Shown here: piece after piece, positions 1 to 12,521 of the stretch
Layout: the number at the start of each line of letters is the position of its first letter
How positions within the stretch are numbered: position 1 is the stretch's first letter
Notes under the pieces: model-generated
Databases searched by the model: none
The model's input: the letters and a program-made list of their open reading frames with translations, nothing else
What the model was told of the DNA's origin: nothing
Translations under genes and position numbers: made by a program
NCBI GenBank assembly: GCA_951406725.2
Contig: OX597826.1
Coordinates: 8,432,001-8,496,000, forward strand
DNA: 64,000 nt
Direction of reading: 5' to 3'
Source of the DNA: Octopus vulgaris
Lineage: Eukaryota

Positions 1-674
1 TCAAAATAGAGAGGTTATAAATTCTTCAAAGTTGAATGGAGGGAGGCAATTCATATATCTTTTTCATTGTTGTTGTTGTTGTTGTTGTTCATGATGTTTT
101 TTTTTCAAATTCTAGTTCATTTATATATTCATTTATGACGTTATTTTTTTCTGTAATCCTTCGATTTTTTTTTTGTTTTTTTTATTTCTTGTGTGTGTGT
201 GTGTTTATGTGTGTTGGAGTGATGATGCGGTTATTAAAACTGAAAGTGATGGCGATGGTCTTGGTAATAGCAATTTTGTGAGACGTGTTGATCATAGTAT
301 TGTTGTTGTTGGTGGTGGTGATGGTGGTGGTGGTGGTGGTAGCGGTGCCGGTCGTGGTGGTAGTGTTAGTGGGAAGTGACGTTAGTCGTAAGGAGAATGG
401 CTTTAATAGAGATGCCTTCAGGTGGTAAACTGCTAAATGTCGATGTTGTTGTTTATTCCCAGAGATCAGGTCTTGAGGAGACGAATGATCAATGGCGTTC
501 TGGTTTCATGTTTCTCCGAGGCATTCCGCATCTCACACTACATTGGCCAAATATCTGCCTCACCTTTCGAAATGTCCTGGTTGTACTCTGAGGACAAATT
601 TTGTTCATATTTCAAGGTTGAGCGATATCATAAAGCACTGACTCTCAGTTAACTCGAGTCGGTGATAATAATGA

Positions 675-725
<51 letters not shown>

Positions 726-735
726 CAGCAGCAGC

Positions 736-780
<45 letters not shown>

Positions 781-793
781 TGTTGTTGTTGTT

Positions 794-824
<31 letters not shown>

Positions 825-916
825 AGGGGGACGACTACAGCAGTGGCAACAGATGTAGTGGCAGCAGCAGCAACATCAGTAGTAGTAGTAGTAGTAGTAG
901 TAGTACCAGCAATCCT

Positions 917-982
<66 letters not shown>

Positions 983-995
983 TGTGGTGGTGGTG

Positions 996-1048
<53 letters not shown>
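675..1048. repeat. compound (GTA)n/(GCA)n/(GGT)n microsatellite
   Basis: Direct reading; it produces the poly-V/poly-S pseudo-ORFs. Confidence 0.95.
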
Positions 1049-1499
1049 TGTAATTGTTGTTGTTCTTACTGCTGTTATTGTTATTGCTGGTGATGAAGGT
1101 TGCGATGGTTGTGGCGTTTGTAGTATGGTGACAGTGGAGGTAGTTGTAGGGATTGTGGCAGTGCTGGTGGAGAAGCTATTGGTGGTGGTGGTGGTGGTGG
1201 TGGTGGTAGTCGCTTTGCTTATACATCAAATGATGTGGTAAGCAAGCGATTTTTTTCTAATTTGCTATTCTTATTACCATCGTTGCGATGCTGAACTGGT
1301 TCTTTAGCAGGACGGATAAAATGCTGAGTTCAAAACGTAAAGACCGACGAAATATCGCTTGCACCGTCAATTTCATTTTTCTGTGTGTGTGTGCGTGCGT
1401 GTGTATGTGCGTGCGTGCGTGTGGTGGTGGTGGTGGTGGGGGGGGGGCATAAGTGCTAGAATTTAATATAAACACTCCAAATAGATTTTGATTTTTAAA

Positions 1500-1848
1500 A
1501 CTGCTCTTTTAACCATTTACTTGTTCCAGCCGTGCTGGGGCACAGCTTTGAGGAATTTTAGTCAAAAGAAATGACCTCAGTACTTTTTTAACTCTGATAC
1601 TTATTCTACCCTTACAGGGATGTAAACACACCAACACCGGTTGTCAATCGGCCGTAGGGTAAGCACACTCACTTCTATATATACGATGGGTCCCTTTCAG
1701 TTCCTCTCTCCCAAATTCATTCAAAAGGGTTTGTCCGGCACGAAGATATAGTATAAAAATTGCTTCAGGTGCCACAGAGTGGGACTTAACAGAAGAACAA
1801 TGTGGTTGGGAATCAAATTTCTTACCACACAGCCACAGCTACACCTAT
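1500..1848 (-). mobile_element. degenerate SINE family A copy
   Basis: Diverged reverse complement of the family A copies (cttaccacacagccac, acaccaacaccggttgtcaa). Confidence 0.7.
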
Positions 1849-2584
1849 ATGTATATTATTTATAATATTCATACAAATGTAGAACACCTCTGTAAAATTT
1901 TATATGCAAATTTTATCGCAGGGAAATTTTTCAACAGAGCTCGCTAAGAATGCCATTGGTGGATTGTCAGATATTATGCTTCTTACAATTAAATGAACCT
2001 TTTGTTTATGGATTTCTATATCGGAACATATTTTTTTTTTCGGCTTAGTCCAGAACGTCGAGGATGAGATTGTCACTGACGAAACCAAATGACGTCGAAA
2101 CAGCATGTCATACAATCTGCAAATGATATTGTTTTGTTATAGCAGAATATGTTACATATCAAGATCGTTCGTCAATTAATGATCAACTCATTTATAATGT
2201 TATTCTTCACTCTATAAAGTTATTAACCTGGTTCAATATTTCCTGCCAGTGCTGAAAATTCGTGAATTGCAGGAAGAAATTTTGGAATACAGGAATTATC
2301 TTTATACTAAAATTTTTCTTTGTAGTGATCGTTTTCTTTTACCTTTTTTTGTGGACATTTATCTCCCTTCATACTAAAGTTAAGCATGCTAATGTCAAAT
2401 TAATAAAATACTGTTAATACTATGCACACATACAAACACAGTGATAAAGAGATTTTCCACATCTGTAATTTTATTACACAGTTATTTACAGCTTTACCCC
2501 CTTGAAGCTACGCGCGAATTGGCTGCATCAACTGCACACTGTTATGTGTGCATCTTGGTGTTAATTGTCAATGCCGCTTCGAAG

Positions 2585-2627
<43 letters not shown>

Positions 2628-2667
2628 TACATACATACATACATACATACATACATACATACATACA

Positions 2668-2715
<48 letters not shown>

Positions 2716-2784
2716 AATTTTATTTTGTAATTAGATAAAAAAAAACCTTGGCTGTGTAGATTTTAGAACATTTATATATAGAAG

Positions 2785-2832
2785 GCCTTACAGCTGTTTC
2801 CAGGATATTTATTATATCCCTTCATTGGAGAC
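2785..2832 (-). ncRNA. degenerate minimal type-I hammerhead ribozyme motif
   Basis: Reverse complement reads gtct-CCAATGA-agggatataataaatatcctg-GAAAC-agct-GTA-aggc; the core is mutated. Confidence 0.5.
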
Positions 2833-2976
2833 GGTGTGAGAGGATGGTTAAGAAATAGTTAATTTAGACAAGATATAAAATCGAGATTGAGGTGGAGGAA
2901 ATAAAAGAAAATAGATGTGAGATATGTAGGGTTATTGCATTTGTAGATCCAATAAGCTATTGGAATATTATATGTA

Positions 2977-3456
2977 CCGAAAATCCTCGAGTATATTCCG
3001 CATTTTTTTCCCAAAATTTAAAGGTCAAAATCCCTAGTGCGTACTATATACGAGGTTAAAAATGGAAATTATTTTCTAAGCAATTTCCGAGTCTCTATTT
3101 GCTGTCCGGCAATGTATATTCAGACGCTTTTTGTGATGTCAGGCGCGAAAATACCTTAAATCATCCATAACTTGCAGTTAGCAACATTTATTAAACGTTA
3201 TTACTGTTATTTATTTATTTTCTGCAAACAAAATGCACAAAAAAGCTACACGTTTGCATTATGCTATATATACAATAATAATAAAGGACGTTACCGTATA
3301 CATTTTTACAAACCAAGGACGTTATATAGAACTCCTTGACTCAAGTTAGAGAAAGGACGCGTATTATACATAAGGTTTAGGTTTTTCAGAGGTACGGCCC
3401 CCTAAAAAGCCATTGTGTGTTATACTCAAGTGTGGACTATACTCGAGGATTTACGG
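2977..3456. mobile_element. Tc1/mariner-pogo (Tigger-like) MITE
   Basis: Terminal inverted repeats ccgaaaatcctcgagtatattccgca / tgtggactatactcgaggatttacgg, with TA on both flanks (2975-76, 3457-58). No ORF. Confidence 0.8.
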
Positions 3457-3597
3457 TATACCATTCTGCCTAAAAAATGGATCTACAAAACGCAATATCC
3501 CTACATATCTCACATCTATATTCTTCTATTTCCTCCACCTCAATCTCTATTTTATATCTTGTCTAAATTAACTATTTCTTAACCATCCTCTCACACC

Positions 3598-3645
3598 GTC
3601 TCCGATGAAAGGATATAATAAATACCCCGGAAACAGCTGTAAGAC
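3598..3645 (+). ncRNA. minimal type-I hammerhead ribozyme motif
   Basis: gtct-CCGATGA-aaggatataataaataccccg-GAAAC-agct-GTA-agac: stem I gtct/agac, palindromic stem III ACAGCTGT, GUA cleavage triplet, C instead of U at core position 4. Confidence 0.6.
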
Positions 3646-3735
3646 CTTCTATCTATAAATGTTCTAAAATCTACACAGCCTTGGTTTTTTTTATCTCATT
3701 ACGAAATAAACATTTTATATACACACGCTGACATA

Positions 3736-4069
3736 TGACCAACGTTGAACCCCTTATTCGAATAATCACAGAATCTGGAACACAACTGCGTCCATCTATA
3801 GCACTTATTCAGCATTACCTGACGCCTTTGGGTCTCAATGACACTATTACCTCTCGTAACCTCTATATATATTGTTATGTCGCACGTTCGGATGCCCTCT
3901 GCTCAACTCCTCCGACTGCTACTCTTCTCTACTCCACTCTACTCCGTTCTAGTCTGAACTTTTCTACCGATACTCTCTGTTCTCTCACCGCTGCCCTTGA
4001 CGTCTAGGATTCTCCCTCCATATCTACGTATTGGGCTAGCCTACTTCATTGTCTGGGGGCGTCCACACA
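3736..4069. mobile_element. probable solo LTR
   Basis: 334 bp, starts TG and ends CA, flanked by the 5-bp direct repeat ACATA (3731-3735, 4070-4074). Confidence 0.55.
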
Positions 4070-5380
4070 ACATATATAGAGTTTGTTGTTCCAGCATATA
4101 CATTCCGAGTTCGAATCCGCTCATAGTCAACAGTTAATAGTTGCAAAGTTTAGTTTGGTCGAACCAACACTTGTTGTTTTTCTGTCTCCTCGTTTTATTT
4201 TAATTTTCCGAAACTTTATTCCATATAAAATTTAATTTGTTATTTGTTAAAGATGTCTGCAATACTCGTGTTTCTATTTCATCTTGACTTTGATGTTAAA
4301 AATACATTTTGTTTTCAAACGTTATATCTTTTGAAACTTCGTAAATATATTCCGCAAACTTATGTGTATTGCAGTAGCAGGAAGAGCTAATCACCACACC
4401 TCAATGGTGGTTACAGGAGTAATATTAACACACCCACCAGTCACAAATCTAGGAAAAAATTATAACACATTTCTAAATATGAAATCAGTAAAAAAAAATG
4501 AAAAACATACTTTTAACATCGAAATGATAAACACCAGACAAGACAAGAAAAATAATAACATTACGACAAATAGTGGTGAGAATATTGACTTGAATAATAC
4601 ATGAATCGAAAATGTAAACAAGAAGAAGAATAACGATAATGGCAACAAACATACATTGACGAGAGCCAAGGAAAAACATGGATATTTTAGATTGAAGCAA
4701 AACAACAATAACTACAAAAATAAAGAGAAGAGCAAAGCAGTAGGAGAAATCTTAGAAAGAAATAAAAGCACTTGTTCCACCAACACTTAGTCCAACACCA
4801 CCACCATCACAACTGTTATAAACATCATTGACTTAACACCGTCACTAGCAGAGTAGTTGCTATCAGTTTCTCTAACGGTTTGCTTACGTCCGACACGAGG
4901 TCTAATTCCTGTCGCCACAAGATATAAACGACGGCAAGAATGTGGTAAGTTCAGAAGAAAAATTACCTTAATCGTGTCACAGCCGGTCTAGCAAGCTACC
5001 CTTTTAGGGATCAGAGTACCGTAAAGGGTTGGATTTCAAACAGGAGGTGCTAGAGACGCAAGACCAAGTCGAAAAGTGCCTCAAATCAATTTGGTAATCA
5101 AAATCTACGTGGCTTGACAGAGGATTCGATACAGTTCAGGTGAGGTTTCCAACCGATATCGAAGCCAAGGAATGCTATGTGGCGTTACTCTAAAGTTTTT
5201 TCTCTGGCCCTCGCAGTGGTCTACTTCGGTTATATAGTGGTTGAAACAGAGAATGATTGATGCATCCCAGAGTGCAGAAGGCCAGTTGACACATATGTGG
5301 TACCAACAACCATCTAAGGGATTTCTGTCCACTGTAAAAGAGAGAGGAGGGGGGAGGCCCTACGCAATCGATGCTGTTAT

Positions 5381-5408
5381 CATTATAATAATAATAATTA
5401 TTATTATT

Positions 5409-5446
<38 letters not shown>

Positions 5447-5558
5447 AATGATAATAATATTAATAATAATAACAATAATAATGACAACAACAACAACAAC
5501 AACAATAATAATAATAATAACAATGATAATAATATTAATAATAATAGCAATAATAATG

Positions 5559-5650
<92 letters not shown>
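5381..5650. repeat. (TAA)n/(CAA)n microsatellite, 5' flank of the Dong element
   Basis: Direct reading. Confidence 0.95.
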
Positions 5651-5652
<2 letters not shown>

Positions 5653-7004
5653 GACGAGTTAGATCAATACTAAAAACAGAGCTCAATGCTAAAAACAAGA
5701 TAATAGGTATCAACACTTTAGCTGTCCCAGTTATAAGTTACAGCTACAATATCCTTAACTGGACACGAAATGAACTGTCCAAAATAGATAGGAAAACAAG
5801 AAAAATACTGACAGGATCTAGGATGCATCACCCAAAATCTGACATAGAAAGACTATATATACAACGTATAGAAGGTGGTAGAGGCCTTATACAGTTGGAA
5901 AACTACTATAAAATAACCACCATAGGACTGCAAAAATACCTACTTCAGAAGGAAGGAAAACTGATCCAGATAGCAGCAAAACACGAGCAAAACAAAAAAC
6001 TGTTCTCAGTATTTAAGGAAGCTGACAAATACAAACAAGAAATCATACCACCTAATAAACACAAAGAAGAAGAAGAAGATGATGAAGAAACAACAAAAGC
6101 TATAAAACAAATGAAATCCAAACTAAAAATAGAACAGCAACGAGCCATGATAAAACGATGGCAAGAAAAGCCCCTTCATGGTAAATACTGCACTAAACTA
6201 AACGCAAAAGAAATAGACAAAGAAAAATCCCAGCAATGGTTGAGAAGCTCAGGACTCAAAGCAGAAACAGAGGGATTTTTAATTGCAGCACAAGACCAAA
6301 GCCTCCCCACCAGAAATTACCAAAAACATGTAATGAAACGAAATATTACAAGTAACTGCAGAATATGTGGAGATGGACAAGAAACAATAAATCATATTAT
6401 CTCTAGCTGCCCAGTCCTGGCTAAGAAGGAATATATCCACAGACATGACAGAGTTGGAACCTACATACATTGGAAGCTATGCCAACATTATGGAATAACA
6501 ACAGAAAAAAGATGGTATAAGCAGAAAACGAGAAAGCAACCATACTCTGGGATATGCCGATACACACAGATAGAGAAATTAAGGCCAACAGACCAGATAT
6601 AGTTGTCAGAGATCATGAAGAAAAAAAATGCTTTCTAATTGATGTATCAATACCGGCAGATGACAACGTGTCTCTAAAAGAAATGGAGAAACTCTCAAAA
6701 TACAAAGACCTGGAAATAGAGGCAACTAGAATGTGGAACCTGAAAACAGAAACAATTCCTATCATAGTAGGTGCATTAGGCATGATAAAAAAATATTCAG
6801 ACAAATACATAACAAAAACACCAGGACTTACAAACACATATAACATACAGAAAATTGCACTACTAGGCACTGCACACATCCTACGCAGAACACTTTCCAT
6901 ACAATAACCATCAGAGCATCACAACAAATCACAGCACATACCCAAGGCACACAGAGCTGCGCTCGGTAGTGAAGTGAAAGCACGCTATAAAAATAAAACT
7001 ACTG
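5651..7004 (+). mobile_element. 5'-truncated Dong/R4-clade non-LTR retrotransposon (RT C-terminus, CCHC knuckle, restriction-like endonuclease, 3' UTR)
   Basis: Motifs HPKSDIERLY..R..GGRGL, ETEGFLIAAQDQ, CRICGDGQETINHIISSC, RHD, RPDIVV...IDVS and K..KY.DL. One frameshifting deletion near 6520. (TAA)n on both sides, the known Dong target. Confidence 0.92.
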
Positions 7005-7041
7005 AATAATAATAATAATAATAACAATAACAATAATAATA

Positions 7042-7192
7042 ACATCGAAATTTCCCAAGACACCTGGCGAAGGCTGGAGGGTATATCAGCCGAAACGTTG
7101 TGTTACCAACAAACAAAATGAGGACAGATATCCGTCAAATGTAAATAATGTAAATAATGTACATAGTTCCTCACCTCTTGAATCTAGAACTA
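7042..7192 (+). mobile_element. short hammerhead-bearing repeat (Penelope-like/retrozyme-like); homolog at 35870-36050
   Basis: Homologous to the reverse complement of 35870-36050; starts right after (TAA)n. Confidence 0.7.
7059..7104 (+). ncRNA. minimal type-I hammerhead ribozyme motif
   Basis: GACAC-CTGGCGA-a-GGCTG-gagggtatat-CAGCC-GAAAC-GTT-GTGTT: stem I GACAC/GTGTT, stem II GGCTG/CAGCC, one core substitution. Confidence 0.6.
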
Positions 7193-7242
7193 TAATCTAA
7201 TTATACCGTCTTTTCACCAGCATACATCTTTATTTGCAGAGA

Positions 7243-7800
7243 AGGTTTTGGTCATTGGAAGTTGAAAGTGTCATTCTTGGTGCATAAGGATTACATATAC
7301 CGGTTAACATATTAGTAAAATGGTGGTCGACGGAAGCAATTATGTGAGTAAACATTGGTTGGATGCTCTAAAGAAAAGAATTAGAACAGAGCCGATAGCT
7401 TTAACAAGAAACTAACGATAGAAACGAAATGTGAGTTTGAATTCGCGACTAAATTAGAATTGACAGTTAGGGAACGCAACACAAGAGACAGGTTTGCGAA
7501 GAGAATTGCTCTGGACCATTTCTTCATTGAAAGCGCTAAGGTAAAATTCTTAAAACATGAAGGAACGAAAGTTTTTTGATGGGCCCGTGTGGAAGAGGTT
7601 CTGTGGGGCAATAAATCCATACAATTTAATCCTTGACGGATCGGAACGAGCGAGTACTGTTGGATTCCAACTAGATGTTAGAGGTTTTCCAGCAACAGTG
7701 TTTCGGAGTAAATAGTGAACCAGAAACGTCAGAGGATTTAAGGCCCACCTCAATCGCTTTTCCAATTCTTGGAAAAAGCCGATATGAGCTGAGATATGGA
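7243..7800 (+). mobile_element. degraded L1/Tx1 ORF2 fragment (endonuclease-RT linker)
   Basis: Translates with stops and frameshifts as GFGHWKLKVSFLVHKDY (G.G.WKLN.SLL motif) ... WLDALKKRIRTE ... WARVEE. Confidence 0.7.
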
Positions 7801-8037
7801 TCGCAGTAAATTGTTGTAAAAGACACAATTTGCCTACTTTGGATTATCTATAACGAAACTTGCATTACTTCCGGCTTTGCGATTTGGTTTCACTTGCCGC
7901 CTGGCATAGGGCTTAGTAGCCTTTATCTTTGGGTTCTAATCCAGCTTTATTTACTTTGCCTTTCATTTCTCTCAAGGGTGAATATGAAATTTCTTGGTGA
8001 TAGTTTAATCCACTAATCCTTATCCACAATGACTTAT

Positions 8038-8106
<69 letters not shown>

Positions 8107-8504
8107 GTAGATGTGATCTTATTTCGTTTTCGCTTACGGGAGAAATTCCTTGGAGGGGGGAAAAAGAAAATTACGCTCTTTCATATCTGCGCTGCCTAAA
8201 TATTATTTACACGTAGTGAAGAAGAAAAGAAAGATTATCCAATGTTTGAAAGAAATGAGAAAGGAAGAAAGAAAGAAAGAAAGCGAATAAAAAATACACG
8301 AAGAACGGAAGAAATGATAAAAACGCAAAGAAGAGAAACTATCAAAATACCTTATGTGTAGATGAAATTATGTGGAGGGAAGAGTTGTGCATCAAATGTA
8401 TATAAGAATTAAGGAATTATGGTATCAACGAATGATGGAATAACGGAAATTTGTCATAAGACGAAAAAGCAAAGCAAGGAGAATGCCACCCATCCAAACA
8501 TACA

Positions 8505-8538
<34 letters not shown>

Positions 8539-9263
8539 CATACATACATACACACAAACAGACAGACAGAGTGGCAATAATGAAATACTGCTAAGAAAAA
8601 AATGGAAATAAAGGACTACGTATCAAGACGAATGAGGAAGGAATATTTGATGAACGAGAATAATTATGAAAGAAAGAGAAGACACGTGATTTATAGTTCC
8701 TTCTCATTCGTTGCAACAAAGTTAATTTTTGAATGTCAATATTTCATAATTATAATTTGTAGGGTCGTCAACAGATATATAAATTAAGGTCCCATCATCC
8801 CATAGTGCTTTGATAATGGCGGCTGTAAATTAATTTTATTTCTTTGTTTTGCTTTTTTTTTTGTTGTTTTTGCGTTTTATTTTTCGTTCACCAAAGTGAC
8901 CTGACATCTGTTATATATTTCCTATACATGCTGTGGCCATCATAACTCTTGGAGAGAACTTTATTGTTTCCAAGACAAACTGTCACCTGCAGATATTTCG
9001 CAATCGCGCGCACACGAACTCACAGACACAACACACACGTGTGAAAACGCACATGATTAAGTACGTTCATACATGCATATTTATATACACGATCATATAG
9101 ACACATATGTGTGTGTGTGTGTGTGTGAGTGTCTATATATATAAGTACGTACGTACGCATGTATGTATATATGTATGTATACAGAAAAAACATGCATAGA
9201 GATGAGATATTTTACGTTAATTCAATACGGTCGCTCTCTCTCCATCTCTATCTATTAACCTAA

Positions 9264-9307
<44 letters not shown>

Positions 9308-9601
9308 GAAGAGGGAGCGATACATACATATTTACATAGATATATAATTGTGTCCGGTTGTACGTATGTTTGTGTAAATATGAGTGTACGTACGTATATG
9401 TAAATATATGTAAACACAAGCATACGTTATGTCAATACACATGCCTATTATACATATATAAATATATCAGACACACACACACACACACACATACACACAC
9501 ATTGTGTTACGAAAATAATCCCAAGGTCACATATTTGTGTATGTAATTTATATATATATATATATATATATTGTAAATATATGTGTGTGTGTTTATATAT
9601 A

Positions 9602-9651
<50 letters not shown>

Positions 9652-9681
9652 AAATATATGTGTGTGCGTTTATATATACTC

Positions 9682-9722
<41 letters not shown>

Positions 9723-11234
9723 TATAAATATATGTGTGTGTGTTTATATATATCATATATATATATATATATATATGTATATAATATATATATATATATA
9801 TATAAAATACACACACGTATGTATATACATATATATATACATATATATTCGTGCATGATGTATGCGTATGTACGTATGTACGTACTTTATATGCATCGAT
9901 GTACGTATGCATCTTTACGTGCATATATAGATCACTCTCGTATATTCTCGTATATGAATGCTGCATATACGAGCATTTAACTATGTATTTGTGAGCATGC
10001 GTATTCAAATGCCTATCAGATGGTACGTGTGAGTGTATGCGCGTACGCATGCGTCTTCACGTAATATATTATGATAGGAGTTTAGCTGTCAGTAAAATAA
10101 GGATTTTTCTAGGAAGGAACCTTTGTAATTTTTGTATTATAGAACAATTATAGATTCCTTAAGGCAACACACTATATTTTTTTGAAGCCTGTTCGTTTTT
10201 GTTTGTTTTGTTTTATTTTTACACCAGCTTACGCCATTAATCTGTCATTCTTGTCTTGTTTTATTTCATTATGTGTTGTTTTGTATTTTGTTTTTTATAC
10301 CTAAAGATCCAACTCCCGGAGCAAATGTCGATCAGAAAGAAACTCTCATCATGAGGTTAGATGCGTTGATGTGTCGTTGGGTTGCTGTGGGGACGTGCGT
10401 GTGTGTGGATGTGCCGTTGTGCGATTGTGTAATCGTGCGGTTCGACTGATTATGTGCGTGTGTGCTTACGTGCGACTGCATGCATGTGTGTGTGTGTATG
10501 TGTGTGAGTGTATGTGTGTGTATTTGTTTGTGAGGTTGTGTGTGTGTGAATGTGTGTTAGTGAGGTTGTGAGTTGTGTGATTGCGTAGCTACATGTTTGC
10601 GCTGGTCGCATGTCTATGCGATTGTGTTCTTGTGCAGAGATGTACATGTGCTGTTGTGAGGATATGTAGTGATGTAGACTTGGCTTATATGAGACCGGGT
10701 AGATGTGTGGTTGTGTTAATGTATTGTTGTGTCGTTGTGTCGTTGTGTTGCTGTGAGGATGTGTGAATGTATGCATATGCAATTGTGTGACTGTGCAATC
10801 GTGTTGTTGGTCTGATTATGTACAGTTGTGATTGTGCGCGCGCGTGTGTGCATGTGTGTGAGATTGTGAGGTTGTGTGGATGTGTGGTTGTGAGTTTGTG
10901 TTCATATATAGTTGATGAGGTTGCGTCGTTTCGTTGTTGTGAGAATGTATGGACGTACGGATGAGAGTTGTGTGGCTGAGTGCACCTATGATTTGTGGGA
11001 TAGCGTAAAATACGTGGCTATGAAAGTTATTATGTCTGGATGTATATTTCTGAAAATATATTGATGCGTGGATAAATCTTTGTATTGTGAATATGTGCAT
11101 GCTTGATTGCGCGTGTTTGTATGTGTGTGTGTGTTGTTGTTTATGTGTTGTTATGTGGTAGTGTGGTTATGTGACTGTATGCATGTGTGATAGTGTGGAT
11201 GTGTTCTTATATATATGCTTCTGTGGATGTATTG

Positions 11235-11286
<52 letters not shown>

Positions 11287-11624
11287 GTGTGTGTGTGTGT
11301 GTTTGTGTGTGCTACTTCGTTTGATCTGTGGGCATCATGGTAACATGCTTCCTGAAATGCCTCTATATATCCCCTCCATCTTCAACTTACATCATCAGTG
11401 CAATAATCGTCATCATCATCATCATCATTGTCGTTGTCGTCGTCGTCATCGTCGTCCTCGTTGACGTCATTGTCATCATCATCATCATCATCATCACCAG
11501 GATAATCAGCTTCTCATTCACGATAATCACCGTTAATAATAAGGCTCTTACCATCACCGCCATCATTTATACCGTCAATCCTGACTACCAGCATCAATAG
11601 CACTAACAGCAGCACTATCATCAT

Positions 11625-11664
<40 letters not shown>

Positions 11665-11868
11665 ATTACCAGCGTTATCATCACCATCAACCGTAGCAGC
11701 TGCGCCAACGTCACTATCATCAACAACGTCCCATTATCACCATTATCAGCATCATTATCATCATCGTTACAAGTATCAAAAGCAAACAATATCAATAGGT
11801 TGTCAATATCATTGACAACCTCATCCTTATCCTCATCATCCTCATCGTCCAAGTTTTTATTTCTTTCT

Positions 11869-12346
11869 TATTTCTTTATTGCCCACAAGGAGCTAAATTT
11901 GAACTCAAAACGTAGCCGCAGACGAAATACCTATTTCGTTATTACCCACAAGGGGCTAAACACAGACAGGACAAACATGGACAGACAAAGGGATTAAGTC
12001 GATTATATCGACCCCAGTGCGAAACTGGTATTTGTTTAATCGACCCCGAAACGATGAAAGGCAAAGTCGACCTCGGCGGAATTTGAACTCAGAACGTAGC
12101 GGCAGACGAAATACCTATTTCTTTACTACCCACAGGGGGCTAAATACAGAAAGGACAAACAAGGACAGACAAACGGATTAAGTCGATTATATCGACCCCA
12201 GTGTGTAACTGGTACTTATTTAATCGACCCCGAAAGGATGAAAGGCAAAGTCGACCTGTACGGAATTTGAACTCAGAACATAGCGGCAGACGGAATACCG
12301 CTAGGCATTTCGCACGGCGTGCTAACGATTGTGCGGGCTCATCGCC
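11869..12346 (-). mobile_element. multimeric Meta-domain SINE (family B): one tRNA-like head, two bodies and a partial third unit
   Basis: Reverse complement has gcctttcatc(c/g)tttcggggtcgattaaa...gtaccag twice, joined by gtagtaaagaaataggtatttcgtctg; tail cttgtgggcaataaagaaat. Confidence 0.85.
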
Positions 12347-12348
12347 TT

Positions 12349-12382
12349 AATAATAATAATAATGATAATAATAATAATAATG

Positions 12383-12477
<95 letters not shown>

Positions 12478-12521
12478 AAGAAGAAGAAGAAGAAGAAGAA
12501 GAAGAAGAAGAAGAAGAAGAA
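12349..12521. repeat. (TAA)n-(GAA)n compound microsatellite
   Basis: Direct reading. Confidence 0.95.

Larger units (their letters stand above)
2712..3720. mobile_element. Penelope-like inverted pseudo-LTR pair (arms ~2712-2951 and ~3478-3720), each with a hammerhead-like motif
   Basis: ~240-bp arms are reverse complements (ggctgtgtagattttagaacattta / taaatgttctaaaatctacacagcc). Inverted pLTRs with hammerheads are typical of Penelope-like elements. Confidence 0.7.

Noticed and set aside
380-600. Penelope endonuclease tail on the minus strand (IIRLLKT*SLGIN)
   Set aside because: Only one short motif, too weak to call.
662-1241. Long ORFs of poly-V/S/I/M/Y/R/E here and at 16121-17032, 33376-35733, 56469-57296 and 59951-60697
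   Set aside because: They are translations of microsatellites with no domain content or splice context.
1900-2150. hAT dimerisation-domain remnant
   Set aside because: The resemblance (ELAKNA) is too short and lacks the CE..FS motif.
5241-5650. N-terminal part of the 453-aa ORF as a real protein start
   Set aside because: It is in-frame read-through of flank and (TAA)n into a 5'-truncated LINE.
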